64,000 nucleotides of DNA from Lama guanicoe (Eukaryota), in contig MU053758.1 in assembly GCA_013239625.1 (NCBI GenBank), positions 2,294,001-2,358,000 on the forward strand, in the 5' to 3' direction. This document shows positions 27,537-40,812 of the stretch, in pieces. A model generated the notes under the pieces. That model saw nothing but the letters and a program-made list of their open reading frames with translations, was not told the DNA's origin and searched no databases. The translations under genes were made by a program, and so were the position numbers. Numbering within the stretch: position 1 is the first letter of the stretch; every line of letters begins with the position of its first letter.

Positions 27537-27715
27537 AGGGAGGAAGGTATAACTCAGTGGTAGAGTGCATGCTTAGTATGCACGAAATCCTGGGTTCAAT
27601 CCCCAGTACCTCTGTTAAACAAATAAACCTAGTTACCCTCCCCCCCCAAAAAAACCACACAATAAAGTAAAGGAGAACTCTGCTAAAAAATAATAATAAT
27701 AATAAAATCAGTCAA
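27537..27715 (+). mobile_element. tRNA-derived SINE (vic-1-like) with extended tail
   Basis: A/B boxes; TSD taaaagaagca(c/g)tacagg at 27519 and 27716. Confidence 0.9.
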
Positions 27716-28421
27716 TAAAAGAAGCAGTACAGGGATTTTGTTTCAAAATTCAAAAGGGTGATGGAGAAAGAGAGCATGATTTCTGTGGTAGCCTACCTAA
27801 TTCAAATGAAGCTTTAGTTAAATTTTACTGACTCAAGCTGGGCGTGTTTGTGTTCTGGACTATTTGCTTTAACAGTATTAGCATTTAAATTGTCACAACT
27901 AGGCTCTAAAGTTAACGCCCCATTAAGATGCACAAGGAAAGTTCATAGCTCTGTTGGTACTATTTCTGTCTGTGCAACCTGCCACCTCAGTGTAGTAGCA
28001 AAGTGTTTATTATATAATGATGTCTTCCCCACCAAAGGACTGGAAACTGAAATAAAAGAAAACACAAAAACACAATTGGAAATTAAAAAGTACAGAAAAT
28101 TAAAATTTCTTTAAAACTCAATGACTCGTTGAATTGAGATTTTGCTTGACATTTGATGTGTGCTTACTGGTTTGATAATCCATGGTAGTCTTTCTGAAGA
28201 TATTTTTGTAGGATGTTTCTGACAGAATTGTTGATGGAGCAGTTCAGTTTGAAAATTGGGAGAGACCATAAAAACTAGTACAATAAATTATACCTAGGTC
28301 TGGAAACTCAGCTGAGTTTATTCTTCCTGCATATCTTATGTTACCAGTTGTGTTAACACTATATTTGGAATTTGATTTGGCAGTTAATATTAGAAACAGT
28401 ATTAAATTTTACTTTTACTTT

Positions 28422-28485
28422 ACAACATTGTAAAATGACTGTAATTCAATAAAAAATGTTTTAAAAAATAAATAAATAATAAAAA
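28422..28485 (+). mobile_element. Extremely truncated L1 3' tip
   Basis: acaacattgtaaaatgactgtaattcaataaaaaa plus an A-rich tail; perfect TSD aaattttacttttacttt at 28404 and 28486. Confidence 0.75.
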
Positions 28486-28660
28486 AAATTTTACTTTTAC
28501 TTTTCTAGCTCTGAATAAGATTTGAGAGAATACTGAAAGTAGAATTTGTTACTTGAGGTTAACAAATGTTATAAGAAAGGTGCTAATAACTTTAAAAAGT
28601 AGATTTGTTTTGCTCTCTCAATTTTTGTCAAGCTAAAGAATTTCAAAGTTAAACTATATA

Positions 28661-29014
28661 CAGTCATCCCTCTGTATCCACAGGGTGATTGGTTCCAGGA
28701 GCCCCTGCATCCAAAATCTGGGGATTCTCAAGTCCATTATACAAAAATAGTGTAGTGTTTGCATGTAATCTAGCACACCCTCCCACATGTCCTCTAGTGT
28801 ACTTTTAATCATCTCTTATTACTTATAATACCTAATTCAATGTAAATGCTACGTAAGTAGTTGTAAATACAATGTAAATCCTGTGTAAATAGTTGCCAGT
28901 TTGGTAAATTTTAAGTTTTGCCTTTTGGACTTTCTGGAATTTTTTTTCTGAATATTTTCAATTCGTGGCTGGCTTTATCTGTGGATACAGAACCTACAGA
29001 TGCAGAACGATGAG
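28661..29014. mobile_element. MER2-like TcMar-Tigger DNA transposon
   Basis: TA|cagtcatccctctgtatcc...gattggttccagga...ctcaagtcc...gtggatacagaacctacagatgcag, flanked by TA. Confidence 0.85.
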
Positions 29015-29164
29015 TATAAATGTTGGTTTAGGGAGCATTTGTAAATAAATCTTATTTCAAAGCACAGACCAGAGAAGAGATTCATAGTCCATTTTTTTCT
29101 TTCCCTATTTGTTAAAAAAGGAAGGACTTCAGACACACAAAAAAGTATAGAATATTCATATAAT

Positions 29165-30690
29165 TTTTAAATTTATTTTGAAATAATTTCAAATGTACAG
29201 AAAAGGTACTAGAATAGTACAAAGAACTTTAATATAGCCTTTATGCAAATTCACTAATTTTTTTTTATTTTTCACTTGAGGTTTACAATAAACTGTATAT
29301 TTAAGTTGTGTAATTTAAATTTTGACATATTGTATATACCATTGAAATCATCACCACAACCAAGATAATGGTCCCCTCCAAAAGTTGCCATGTGTACCTT
29401 TGTAATCCCTCTCTCCTGTCCACACCATACCACTCCAGGCAACCACTGTTGTGCTGTCTATCACTATAGACTGATTTTCATTTCTAGAATTTTATGTAAA
29501 TGGAATCATACTTGTATATGCTCTGTTTTCCTCTGGCATGTTTTACTCAGCATAATTATTTTGAGATCATTCACGTTAGATCCACTAATTTTTAACACCT
29601 TGCCATGTTTGCTTTTACATTCATGTGTGTGTATATTATATGGTATGTGTATATATAATATATGTGTACATATATAATACAATATACAGTATGCACATAG
29701 ATTAAAATGTTTGTGTTTATATATACATACACCATATCTTTTTCCAGAACTATTTGAAAGTAGTTATGTATATCATGCTCCTTTCCCTCTTAATAGTTAA
29801 TGTACGTTTCCTAAGAACAAAGATCCTCTTTAATATAATCACAGTATAATTATCAAATTCAGAAGATTTAACATTGATACACTATATTTAATAGAGTACT
29901 TTAACCTATATTTCATACTGTAATTTTGTCAGTACCCTCATAATGTCCTAGAAACAATACCTCACCCAATAGAGCATGCAATCCAGTGTCAAATATTACA
30001 TTTAGTTGTCAGTCTTTAATCTGGGACAGTTCCTTAGCCTTTATTTGTTTTGATTTTGGCTGGAATATTCCATAGGTATTCTTTTTAAAGTATAGTTGAT
30101 TTACAGTATTTTAGTTTCAGGGGTACAACATAGTGATTCAGAATTTTTGTAGATTATACTCCATTTAAAGTTATTATAAAAGATTGACTGTATTCCCTGT
30201 GCTGTAAAATGTATCCTTGTAGCTTATGTATTTTATGCATAGTAGTTTGTACTGCTTAATCCCCTACCCCTATTTCACCGCTCCCCCCTTCCCTCTCTCC
30301 TCTGGTAACCACTAGTTTTTTCTCTTTATCTATGAGTCTGTTTCTATTTTGTTATAGTCATTCATTTTATTTTTTAGATTCCACATATAAGTGATAACAT
30401 TACAGTATTTGTCTTTCTCTGCCTGAGTTATTTCACTAAGCATAATACCCTTTAGGTCCATTCATGTTGTTACAAGTGGCAGAATTTATGGTCTTTTTTT
30501 TTTAATTTCGTAAGTGTTCTTTTTAAGGTATCACATTTGTACTTACATGAACCCTGTTTGCCTCTTATGATGATGTTAATTTTGGTCACTTGTTTAAAAT
30601 GTTGTCTTTCCCCCTCACTTAAATAGTTACCAGTTTTCCTCTGTAATTAGTAATTTGTGGAGCGATATTTGGAGGCTATGTAAATATGCC
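29165..30690 (-). mobile_element. Old L1M fragment interrupted by two younger L1 3' pieces (~29260-29578 and ~30082-30487)
   Basis: Three L1 3'UTR-like segments. The first insert is flanked by a cactaattttt duplication. Confidence 0.65.
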
Positions 30691-31225
30691 AGTATAGCTT
30701 TGAAAGGCCTTTTTTTAAATGGTTAAGTTTGTTTCAGCATAATATATTTGAAAGTCCTGTTGAAACTGATCCTGGATGATGACAATAAACTTTTCTTTAC
30801 AAATACATTGCCAAGAAGGCTGTAATACAATGCACATTCTGTAGAGCAGATGAATGAAAAACCTAATAGTCTCTTTACTGAAACTGCTGAACATCTTTGT
30901 AAAATTGAAGTGTGGGTTTTTTTAGTATTTAATTATTTCCTTAATTTACAGTGGAATTGATAGAAAAGGACTCTTGACTCCTTTCCTCAGCTTATAGGCT
31001 GTCCTTAATAGGTAGCAAGAGTTTGATCTACCAGCACATTTAAATCCTTTATACTATTTCCACTGCAGGAAATATTTTCTTTTATGAAACTCAGGCACTG
31101 AGTTTTGGAGCTTATTTAAAACATGGTATACCACGCATCCTGATATACTGTAAAAGTTTATTGAGACACACTTTAATTTGACTCCAGGGATTTCTCTCCT
31201 GACCTCTCAATTTTACTCTTTGTAG

Positions 31226-31303
31226 ATGCATCCTTGGGGAACTGTTCACAAAGAAGCCTATTTTTCAAGCCAATCTGGAACTGGCTCAGCTAGAACTGAT
31301 CAG
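31226..31303 (+). CDS. CDK12: CDK12 exon 9
   Basis: tttgtag|[26 protein letters not shown]; donor AG|GTACAT; 78 nt. Confidence 0.98.
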
Positions 31304-31757
31304 GTACATCTATGCATGTGCTCTGAATGCCCAGGTGAGATAGGTAATCTTGTCCTCTAATTTCTAACATTTCAATCATTCTACTAAATGACTTTATGCT
31401 CCTTATGTCCAAGTAAGTTTCTCTTCACTCAGTCAGGTTTATCATGTATTTTGTCATGGGCTATATATGGAAAGAAGTTGTATTCCACCTACTTCTTAGA
31501 TCTTTCTTTGCATATTTTTAATTAGTTCTTGTAGGAATTTTTTTTTATTTTATTTTAAAAGTAAAACGGTGTTTCCAGAAGACATCTCATATTGACCTCA
31601 TAATTTTAGTGGGGGAGAGTCCTTCAACCCCATACCACTCAACTTCAATTTTTAGAAACCCCAGTAGGTGGGGCCAGGAACTTATAAACTAGGTCCTACT
31701 TGCCTGCAGTGCCCTGGTGGTGGGTCCCTCGGCTCAGATAATGTGTTCCTGCTCTTC

Positions 31758-31860
31758 TTCTTTTTTTTTTTTTTTTTTTCTTTTTAACTCATTGTCACAT
31801 TTTTTTTCTCTGTGATTTATCGTAACATTTTGTGTATATTTCCCTGTGCTATACAGTGTT
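31758..31860 (-). mobile_element. Short L1 3' fragment with long poly-T
   Basis: T-run followed by ...tatatttccctgtgctatacagt, an L1 3'UTR motif also seen at ~30190 and ~48510. Confidence 0.6.
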
Positions 31861-31894
31861 TATTAGTTCTTCATATAAAAGCATGCCACTTTCA

Positions 31895-32053
31895 GGGGGA
31901 GGGCATAGGTCAGTAGGTAGAATGCATGCCTGGCATATGTGAGGTTCTGGGTTCAACCCCTAGTGCTATCATTTAAAAAAAAAATTAAATAAATAAATAA
32001 ATACAACCTAATTAACTCCCTCCTCCAAAATATTTTTAAAGAAAATTTTTTTA
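31895..32053 (+). mobile_element. tRNA-derived SINE (vic-1-like)
   Basis: Diverged A/B boxes; TSD aaaagcatgc...tttcag. Confidence 0.85.
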
Positions 32054-32761
32054 AAAAGCATGCTGTTTCAGGATTGCTGTTCTGTTCTTTCTTAGGTTAG
32101 ATTAAGATCAAATTTATTCAGCCTGTCTATAACAAATTCCTTTCTCTGTCAAACTTCAGGATTCAGATATAAATAAGATAGGTCTCTGCCTTCAAAGAGC
32201 TCAGAATTTAGTAAGTGATATAGCATGTAAACATATTTATAAAAGAGCCTATAATAGAGGATTTGGGGAAGGTCTGGGGTTGGGATGGAATTGGGTTTTG
32301 TTTTGTTTTCAATATGGTTAAAGGGAAGAATACAACAGGCTAATGTAGACGTTTTAAAAGGTGGTATATAGCTCTGTTTACTATGCGGTAAACTCAGTTT
32401 TTCATCAGAATTCTAGTCTTAGGCTCTCTTCTGCCAGTTTTCCCTTTAGGACATTATAGGACTAGCTGAACTCTTTGAAATTAATGCTAATTGATCAGAA
32501 CAAAATTGATAATGAACACCTTTGTGGAAGATTAAAAACATGTTTCGCAAAACCAAATATATGGATCATTTTGGACTACTGTGCCAGTATTTTCTCTTCA
32601 CTATCTTGTAACCATTTTTTCTGTCCTATTCCTTCCGTCCTTACAGCAGTGAGGTCAGGTTTTACCTTTCTGCATGCCTTCTAATTTAATAAGTCAAGAT
32701 TCCCTAGACCTCAGGAGGTAATAATTTCTGCTTCTAGAATCTCTGGTCTTTATGATGCTGA

Positions 32762-32920
<159 letters not shown>

Positions 32921-33391
32921 TGAGTTTGACAAATATGTACATCTAATTTCTGTGTTTGGCTGTTGTTAGGCTTGACTTTTCCTGTCATAGGGAGTTAATA
33001 CTGTTCCAATTTATTATGACAGCACATCATAGGAAAACACTTTATTTTTGAGCAGTGTGAGTTTTATCATAGCCCTTTTGTAATTTTCTCTTACGAAGGC
33101 CTTAGATGATAGGAAACCATTTTATTTTGAACAATATATGTGTTTTCTCATAGTCTTTTTGATCTTCCTAAGACAAAAAGAGAAATGGCTGGCTTCTTGT
33201 TTTCTATCTGTATTTTTATTGCATTTTTAAAATCTTGTGTAGAAGCAAATTTGCTTGCTTGTCTAGCCAGGATGCAACTCCCTTCCCATAGTTTTACATG
33301 AAGCTGGAAATTGAGAGACTTTGGACACAAGGTTACAGGTTTGAGCCTGTGGGTCATTGTGAACTTGTTCTTTCTCTCTTCCTTTCCACAG

Positions 33392-33523
33392 CATCCCTTC
33401 AGCAGCACTTGATTTACTGGACCACATGCTGACACTAGATCCTAGCAAGCGTTGCACAGCCGAGCAGACCCTACAGAGTGACTTCCTTAAAGATGTTGAG
33501 CTCAGCAAAATGGATCCTCCAGA
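33392..33523 (+). CDS. CDK12: CDK12 exon 11
   Basis: ttccacag|[44 protein letters not shown]; donor GA|GTAAGT; 132 nt. Confidence 0.98.
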
Positions 33524-34957
33524 GTAAGTGCTGGTGGCCATGTAGTGACCCCAGACCTCCCCTAGGCCTCAGGATATGAGAAACTCAAAATAATAGGTTT
33601 TTTAAAAGGAACTACAATGGCTAAGTACCAAATAGAGAGATGTCTTTGAGTATTATGGTTGATAAGAGCTTTATTGCTTTATGTTTTCTTTTTAAACAAG
33701 GATTAGATTTAGGTATGATACTTGCTCTAAATGGACTCAAGCTATCTTCTTTTATCCGTGGATCCCCAGCATATTGCTTCTGTGAAAGTATTCCTTATAG
33801 TTTTTGCTCTTAACCATTTCATCTTCTTGAATTCCCCGTGGTGACCATGCATATCCCACTTGCAAGGGCAATCCTAATTTTAAATAGTTTGTCTCTTTAC
33901 CAGGCCATTTGTCCTAAATTTTGATATAGAAAACATAGTCTTTGTATGTGTCTTTCTTCCGTCAGAATCTTACAAATTTCCTGTATTGTATAGGATCCTC
34001 AGGGGTTCTATACTCATATCTCACATTCTGACAGATAAGAAGTCTTTGACTGTCACTGACAGCGTATCAGACTTTGGGGGCATTTCTTTCTTAGAGAAAC
34101 ACTATGTATCTTCAATGCATGGAATGTTAGTGCATGAACAGGTAGTAACTACAGATCTGATTATTCCAGAAATGTCTAAATTCATTTGTTGTATTTGAAT
34201 TTTGATATATTGAATGTGGCTGGAAATACATAAGCTTTTAGTGAAAATTGGAAACTCTTGTTATAGAGAAATTTTGGGTGTGGTAATCTTTATTATAGTA
34301 AGATTGACCTAGTTGGAATTATATACATTATTGAGTATAGGAGTATCTGTAAATATATTAAATATACTGATAAACCCCACAAATGAAAATATTCAGTCAA
34401 GGAAATTCAGTGGGCAGAAAGAAAAAGAACCAGTCTTTTGGTCCTCACAGACCACGTAACACATAAATTGATTTTACACAGAGGTGATTAAATCATGATA
34501 TACTTGTGTGGCGTCAAGATTTAAATTACCACCTTGCCTGGACTTTTTGTGGATATTAACAAGGCAGTCATCTCTGTCCTGTTTATTCCCAACTGAATTT
34601 TGACCAATAAAGGTCTCCCTTATTCTTATTATGGCAAGCAAGAATGGTTATAAAACTTAACTGTTTGACTGGAATATGGGCATTTATATAGCAGGTGTTT
34701 CTTTGGTATTAGCAAGATCCTTCTTTCTCATTGTAGGTAGAAATCCTTTGGGCTTTTGGACTTATTTTCTGAAGCTACCATATGCCATGATTCTATTTCA
34801 CTGCTGCTATCTGTTTACTAACTTTTCTGGTTATTTTTATATTTTCCTTATCCTTTCCATTTCCCTCTGTTCTTTGCCTTCCCATTTTAATCTTTATTCC
34901 TCCATGCACTCACTACCACATTCCCACACATTTCCTCTTTGCTTTGTCTTTTTTCAG

Positions 34958-35169
34958 CCTCCCCCACTGGCAAGATTGCCATGAATTATGGAGTAAGAAA
35001 CGGCGACGGCAGCGACAAAGTGGTGTTTTGGTAGAAGAGCCACCTCCACCGAAAGCCTCTCGAAAAGAAACTATCTCAGGGACAAGTGCTGAGCCTGTGA
35101 AGAATAGCAGCCCAGCACCACCTCAGCCTGCTCCTGGCAAGGTGGAACCTGGGACTGGGGATGCAATAG
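34958..35169 (+). CDS. CDK12: CDK12 exon 12 (kinase C-terminal extension, DCHEL and polybasic cluster)
   Basis: ttttcag|C; LPHWQDCHELWSKKRRRQRQ...GDAI; donor G|GTCAGT; 212 nt. Confidence 0.98.
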
Positions 35170-35294
35170 GTCAGTGCTGGCTCCATGAGCCTTTGTGCTT
35201 TTGTTAAGCACTTGGCAGGTTTTGAAGGTCAATTGCAAGGATTTGTGTGTATGTTTTAGTTTTTAGCCATTGAAGTGTTAATAAAGAGGTTATA

Positions 35295-35435
35295 GGGGGA
35301 GGTATAGCTCAAGTGGTAGAGTGCATGCTTAGCATGCATGAGGTCCTGGGTTCAATCCCCAGTACCTCCTCTAAGGATAAATAAACAAACAAACAAACCT
35401 AATTACCTCCCCCAACCAAAAGAAAAAAAAAAGTA
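35295..35435 (+). mobile_element. tRNA-derived SINE (vic-1-like), near consensus
   Basis: ggtatagctcaagtggtagagtgcatgcttagcatgcatgaggtcctgggttcaatccccagtacctcc; TSD taataaaga(g/a)gtta. Confidence 0.92.
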
Positions 35436-35772
35436 TAATAAAGAAGTTAGTGTCCTTATTATAGAGAGAAGGAGATAAACCCAGTTTTGTACACATGGTC
35501 TTGGAAATTTACAATTGATCATTTTTTCTTCCTGAATACCATATCTCAATTCGACGTGCAATCAGTGAGTTAGGTAAGCAGAATTTAAGGTTAGTTTACC
35601 CATGGCTCCCTAACACATAATTTGGAGCCCTGTTTATGTTAGATTTGATAAGACCTTCTTAGAATTTAATCATGTTAAATCACAGTTGCTGAATGTAGTT
35701 AGTTCTGTAGACTGTTATTTGATCTAAATATATTCAAAACTACAATACTTAATTATTATAAATAATAAAGTA

Positions 35773-36075
35773 TGGATTAAAGACTTAAACATAAGACAAG
35801 ACACAGTAAACCTCCTAGAAGAAAATACAGGCAAAACATTATCTCACATACATATCAGCAATGTTCTCCTAGGGCAGTCTACCCAAGAAATAGAAATAAA
35901 AGCAAAAATAAACAAATACGACCTAATTAAACTTACAGGCTTTTGCACATCAAAGGAAACCATAAGCAAAACAAAACAACAACCTACGGAATGGGAGAAA
36001 ATACTTGCAAAAGATGAAACTGACAAAGGCTTGATCTCCAGAATATATAAACAGCTCGTACGACTTAATAGGAAA
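35773..36075 (+). mobile_element. L1 ORF2 internal fragment
   Basis: Open frame WIKDLNIRQDTVNLLEENTGKTL...KINKYDLIKLTGFCTSKETI...QPTEWEKILA...DKGLISRIYKQL, typical of the L1 ORF2 C-terminal region. Confidence 0.92.
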
Positions 36076-36169
36076 AAATAATAATGTAGTTCTCCTTTGG
36101 TAGAACCATTTTTTCTGAACTACAGCTATTCTTTCCTTGGCTCACTTTTCCTTCCTTGTCCACCTACAA

Positions 36170-36326
36170 GTGTGGTTTTCAATGCTGGCTGCACATTAGA
36201 ATCATCTAAGAAGCTTTAAACAGGAACACCCCCTAACAGTTGCCAGATCTCTAGGGATGGGACCTGAGGCTTCTGAATTTTAAAATCTCATGTATTCTGA
36301 TGTATAGTAAGGATTGAAAATCACTG
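36170..36326. mobile_element. MER5-family hAT MITE
   Basis: gtggttttcaa...ggctgcacattagaatcatct...tattctgatgt...ttgaaaatcactg. Confidence 0.7.
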
Positions 36327-36577
36327 ACCTTGAAGAATATAGATAAAATGAAATCACTTTTACTCACAATATAGAAATGTTTTAATTAGTCCCTGTGTCT
36401 TTAAGTGAAAATATAAAGAATAACAAATGTGTCATGACAGTTTTGAGGCATGAAAAATGAGACATTCAAAATAAAACTTCGTTCATTGGATATTATAAGT
36501 TGCTATTGCCAGCTGAAGAAGGCAAAGGTCCTTGCCCTGCCTCATCCTCTTCTATTGGCTCCACTGTCTCTCCACAG

Positions 36578-37030
36578 GCCTCGGTGACATCACACAGCAG
36601 TTGAATCAAAGTGAATTGGCAGTGTTATTGAACCTGCTGCAGAGCCAAACCGACCTGAGCATTCCTCAGATGGCACAGCTGCTTAACATCCACTCCAATC
36701 CAGAGATACAGCAGCAGCTGGAGGCCCTGAACCAATCTATCAGTGCCCTAACGGAAGCCACTTCCCAGCAGCAGGACTCAGAGCCTATAGCCCCAGAGGA
36801 TTCTTTGAAGGAAGCACCCCCTGCCCCAGTGGTCCAACCTTCAGCAGAACAGACAACCCCTGAAGCTTCAAGCACACCAGCTGACATGCAGAATATGTTG
36901 GCAGTTCTCTTGAGTCAACTGATGAAAACCCAGGAGCCAGCAGGCAGCCTGGAGGAAAACAGCAGTGACAAGAACAGTGGGCCACAGGGACCCCGAAGAA
37001 CTCCCACAATACCACAGGAGGAGGCAGCAG
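36578..37030 (+). CDS. CDK12: CDK12 exon 13
   Basis: tccacag|GC; LGDITQQLNQSEL...PQEEAA; donor G|GTAAAC; 453 nt. Confidence 0.97.
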
Positions 37031-37059
37031 GTAAACAGACCGGTCATGAATCTCATTGA
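37031..37059 (+). CDS. CDK12: Read-through tail of short CDK12 isoform (GKQTGHESH*)
   Basis: The exon 13 frame stays open across the donor to TGA 37057-37059. It matches the C-terminus of the short mammalian CDK12 isoform as recalled. AATAAA downstream at 37473. Confidence 0.75.
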
Positions 37060-39393
37060 GCTCAGGTGCTGTTGATCCTCTTAAAAATCTTTAACATTTT
37101 CTTTTTCACATCAGTGGCCTCGGTTTCAGTTTTTCTGTAACCTAGTCTCCAGGAGAACATAGCACCAAGTGATGTATTTCTTGCCCAGCTTCTTTTATTT
37201 AAGTCTGAAAGCTTCTCAAATCACCTTTCATATACTGATTGTTTTTCCGTTTCCTAGGAGGTAGGTAAGTAAAGTCCCTGTATTCTCACTCAAGGAAACC
37301 ACAGCCATAGCTAGTGATGCATCTTGATCCACTGTGTGTGGTGGCCAACTAGTACTAGTACTTGAAAATCTGCCTTCCAAACAAACCATTATCAGATTGT
37401 ACAGTCCGTACTCTAGTATAGTGGATGCTGGTTATCAGAGTCTTGATGGAAAGATACGGTCAAGAAAGCTCTAATAAAATATCATTGTTAATCTCCTGAA
37501 GAATAATTTTGGAAGATTGCCAAGTAGATAATTAACACCATACATTTCTTTTCCAAAAAATAGGATATAAAAATGATTCCTTTAAACCTGTGTCCCTGAA
37601 AGAGATAATTAAATAGACCCCAGATTAGGAATTGAGCACTATTTTTTTTTAATCTGAAAAGAAGAAATATGTTATACCTTGATTTCACATGACCACAGCA
37701 TGCAATTTATTAGAGAGAAAAGATGTGTAAATTTTCTGATCAATTCTGATTCACAGTCTTGTAAAATCTTTGCTTATCTGAAAAGTGTTTTCAACTCCTT
37801 GGAAATCTTGGCTGTCCATGAAGACCCCATGAATTGGGAATGAGAAGCGGTGTAAGGTTGATGGGGTACACTAACCTTCAACTTGTAGAATGCTATTTAC
37901 ATTTCATATGGGATGGTGCAGAGATTATATGCCTGTTTCCACTGGTATGGGGTCAAAATTATAAGCTATTTATCATGTGTAAAGTTTTTTAAAGCTGGAA
38001 GGTGACATAAATAAAATGAACCCCCTTACTTCATAGATAGGGAAACTGCAGTCCAGGGAGTTTAAGTAAGCCTGCTTATGGTCTCACTGCTGGAATCATA
38101 TTATTGGCAGAGGCAGAACTAGAATTCCTGTACTTTCTTAATGTGTTTCTTTTTAATGTGTTTCTTAACTTATTTTGCTATTCTGTCATAACAATTCCAG
38201 TTGTATTTAAGAGACTCTGGGACATGGAATAACAGAGAAAGCAAATGTAGAATTAAAGCAGGCCTCTTTGTCTCATCTCTTATACCCTCCTCCCCCTCAC
38301 CACTACCCACTTCCAGCCTTCCGCCCCCCAAAAAACTGCTATAATCAAAATACCTGAAAGAAGTGGTTCAGATTAAATAGCATAGTGATCAAAAGAAATT
38401 CACCCAATAATGGAGCCAACAAGCTATCGGCCAAATGATGAAATCAAACTAAAATTAAGGCCTGGCTCATGGCCAGAAATTGTTGATTTACTTTTCAGAG
38501 GAGAATAAAAATGCCATTCCTAATTACTATAGTCATTTTTGGATTATCCAGTTGGTGTGTCTTCTATGTCTCTCCTATTCTTGTTTCTCCCCTGCTACCT
38601 CTCATTTGGCCATTTTACTGTTCATTAGCACTTCCACCAGAGGGCAGACTGAATAAGCCAGAGAAAGTAGAAATCTATCACTTTGGCTACTATTTAGCTA
38701 CTCTATACTTGTTGCGAAAGGGTTGTGGTTGAAATCTAATGATTTTAAATTGTTTGTATATTTCGTTAATACCTCCTGCCATTAGTATAGACTATTAAGG
38801 ATTGGCAATATTGTTAACACTTTGAATCTTACAGAGGAATTTTTTTTAATGTGATCTTTATTTTTAATTCTCTTAAGTTTTGTTAACCTTTAATAGTTCT
38901 TTACAACCCATCAGCCTTTGCTATTTTGAAATAGTTTTCCTCCTCTCTTACATGTGAAAGAATTTCAGCTCAAGAATTAGTTCTGTTGAAACACAAATAG
39001 GCTATTTACATAAAAGGCAAAGTTTAAGTATGAAAAGTAGTATAGCTGAAAGGGTGTAAGTTTAGCTTTGTTTACTTCTGCAGTTAGGCATTTATAAAGT
39101 TGTTTGTCCTCAGTATTGGAAAAAACCTGGTGTCCGTGTCATGAATAGTCCAAAAATACTTCTAAAAATAAATAGTACTATGATGTTCTTATGTAATGAG
39201 ATATGTAGTGTTGACTGCAAAAAGCTCTGAAATCTGTAGATGTTTGTAGTCTGGTTAGCTCTCCTTTTTCAGGATGTCTGCTTTTCAGGTTGTGAGTTTT
39301 CCATAGCTAATTTTTTGTCTTTTAATTCGGTTTTCCCTACCACCTTGTCAACCAGTCAGTTTATTAACAAGTAATTTGAGTGGGTCCTGTATA

Positions 39394-39488
39394 TAGGATG
39401 ACCTTTTACTGTCCTGGTTTTAAAACTGAAAGTTAGCAACCTGGGAACCCCCTCAGTCCCAGGCAAATTAGGACTGTTGTTCACCCTA
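39394..39488. mobile_element. MER81-like hAT-Blackjack MITE
   Basis: Terminal inverted repeats taggatgacc / gttcacccta; internal gactgtcctggtttt-like motif. A related fragment lies at ~21670-21740. Confidence 0.7.
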
Positions 39489-40735
39489 CTTGTATGTTAC
39501 ATATATATAGCACCTGGCCTTATCCTCCCACTGCACAACAGTTTTATAGTGTTTTCAGAGTACTTTCATCTGCACGCTAAGGGTATTCTTACTTTACTGA
39601 TCGTCTTTACAAAATATAATTGTGGTAAATATGCTACCAAAATGCCTAATTATAACAAAACTATTTTTGGCTTGCTTGACTAATGACTATATTGCTAGCT
39701 CAGATAATAAAAAATTGACTATATGGACATTTAAAAATATACTTCCATAGGGAACACAAAAATCAGTCATTTGGAAGGTATCCCAGAACTTTAAACCTTT
39801 TCTTCAGCAGGATGACTCCCAATTCTCTAAAGGCACATTCTGGCTGTACTTGATTTTGTATATCGTCAAACTCATGCCATTTTACATCTCTACTTCTTCC
39901 TTAACAGAAGTTCATTATCAAATAGTGATTGCCATGGTTACGCAAATTAATCCAGCAGTGGGGGACAAAATAGGGAGTGGTTCTAGTAAGATCTTTGGAA
40001 AGACAGAGTGTAGTATTAGTTCAATACATTTATAAATACACATCTCTTGTCATTGTCTCCAAGATAAACAGATGTTTATCAATAGCCTATTCTGCACGAT
40101 ATTGTATTGTGGTTTTTTATAATCACTCTAACATAGGAAACTGAATGACAAGACAGTATGGTGGTTAATATCCTTTTTTTCAGAATGTGATTATGAGGAA
40201 AAGGGACTGAAGTTTGGAGAAGCAAGTGTATGTTTATACATGACAACAATGAAAGGTTTTTACTTCATTTCATCTCTCCTGTATATTCTTAAAGTTCTAT
40301 TTCAGGTGTTAACCTTAATATCATCAATTGTTCTGTAAAATGTGTTAGCTAAGTCCATATAAGGTCTCCTTTTGTACAGCAAGATTATGTCCTAGAAATG
40401 TGACCACAGCTTATGTATTGTTCCTTCTCATCTTCCTTCTCTCTACTTTATTTTCATTAATATTTTGCTCCAACAGCAAAAAAGGGGCGGGGAGGCTGCC
40501 AGCAGCCTACATATTAGAACAATTCCTTAAGAAAGAAATTGGAGGAAATCTCAGACAAAAATCAGGACAGTCATTTGAAACATATGATTTTACACCAGCT
40601 GTTAGATCCAGAATGCAACTGTTTTACGTAATCACTTGATTTTATTTATAAATTGCCATTTCCTGATTCCAAGGTTTTATTCTTTATATATATATATTTG
40701 GTTACTTGTATTGATATTTGTTTATGTTGGTCAGA

Positions 40736-40751
40736 GTGTGTGTGTGTGTGT
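40736..40751. repeat. (GT)8 microsatellite
   Basis: Read directly. Confidence 0.95.
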
Positions 40752-40812
40752 TCGTGCTTATAATCACATGTGATTTTTAAGATGGTGTTTAAAAGAAGTA
40801 ACCCTTCCACAG

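Noticed and set aside
35295..35370. tRNA gene call for the A/B-box sequences here and at the other copies
   Set aside because: TSDs, A-rich tails, a shared non-tRNA 3' segment and multiple diverged copies identify them as SINEs.
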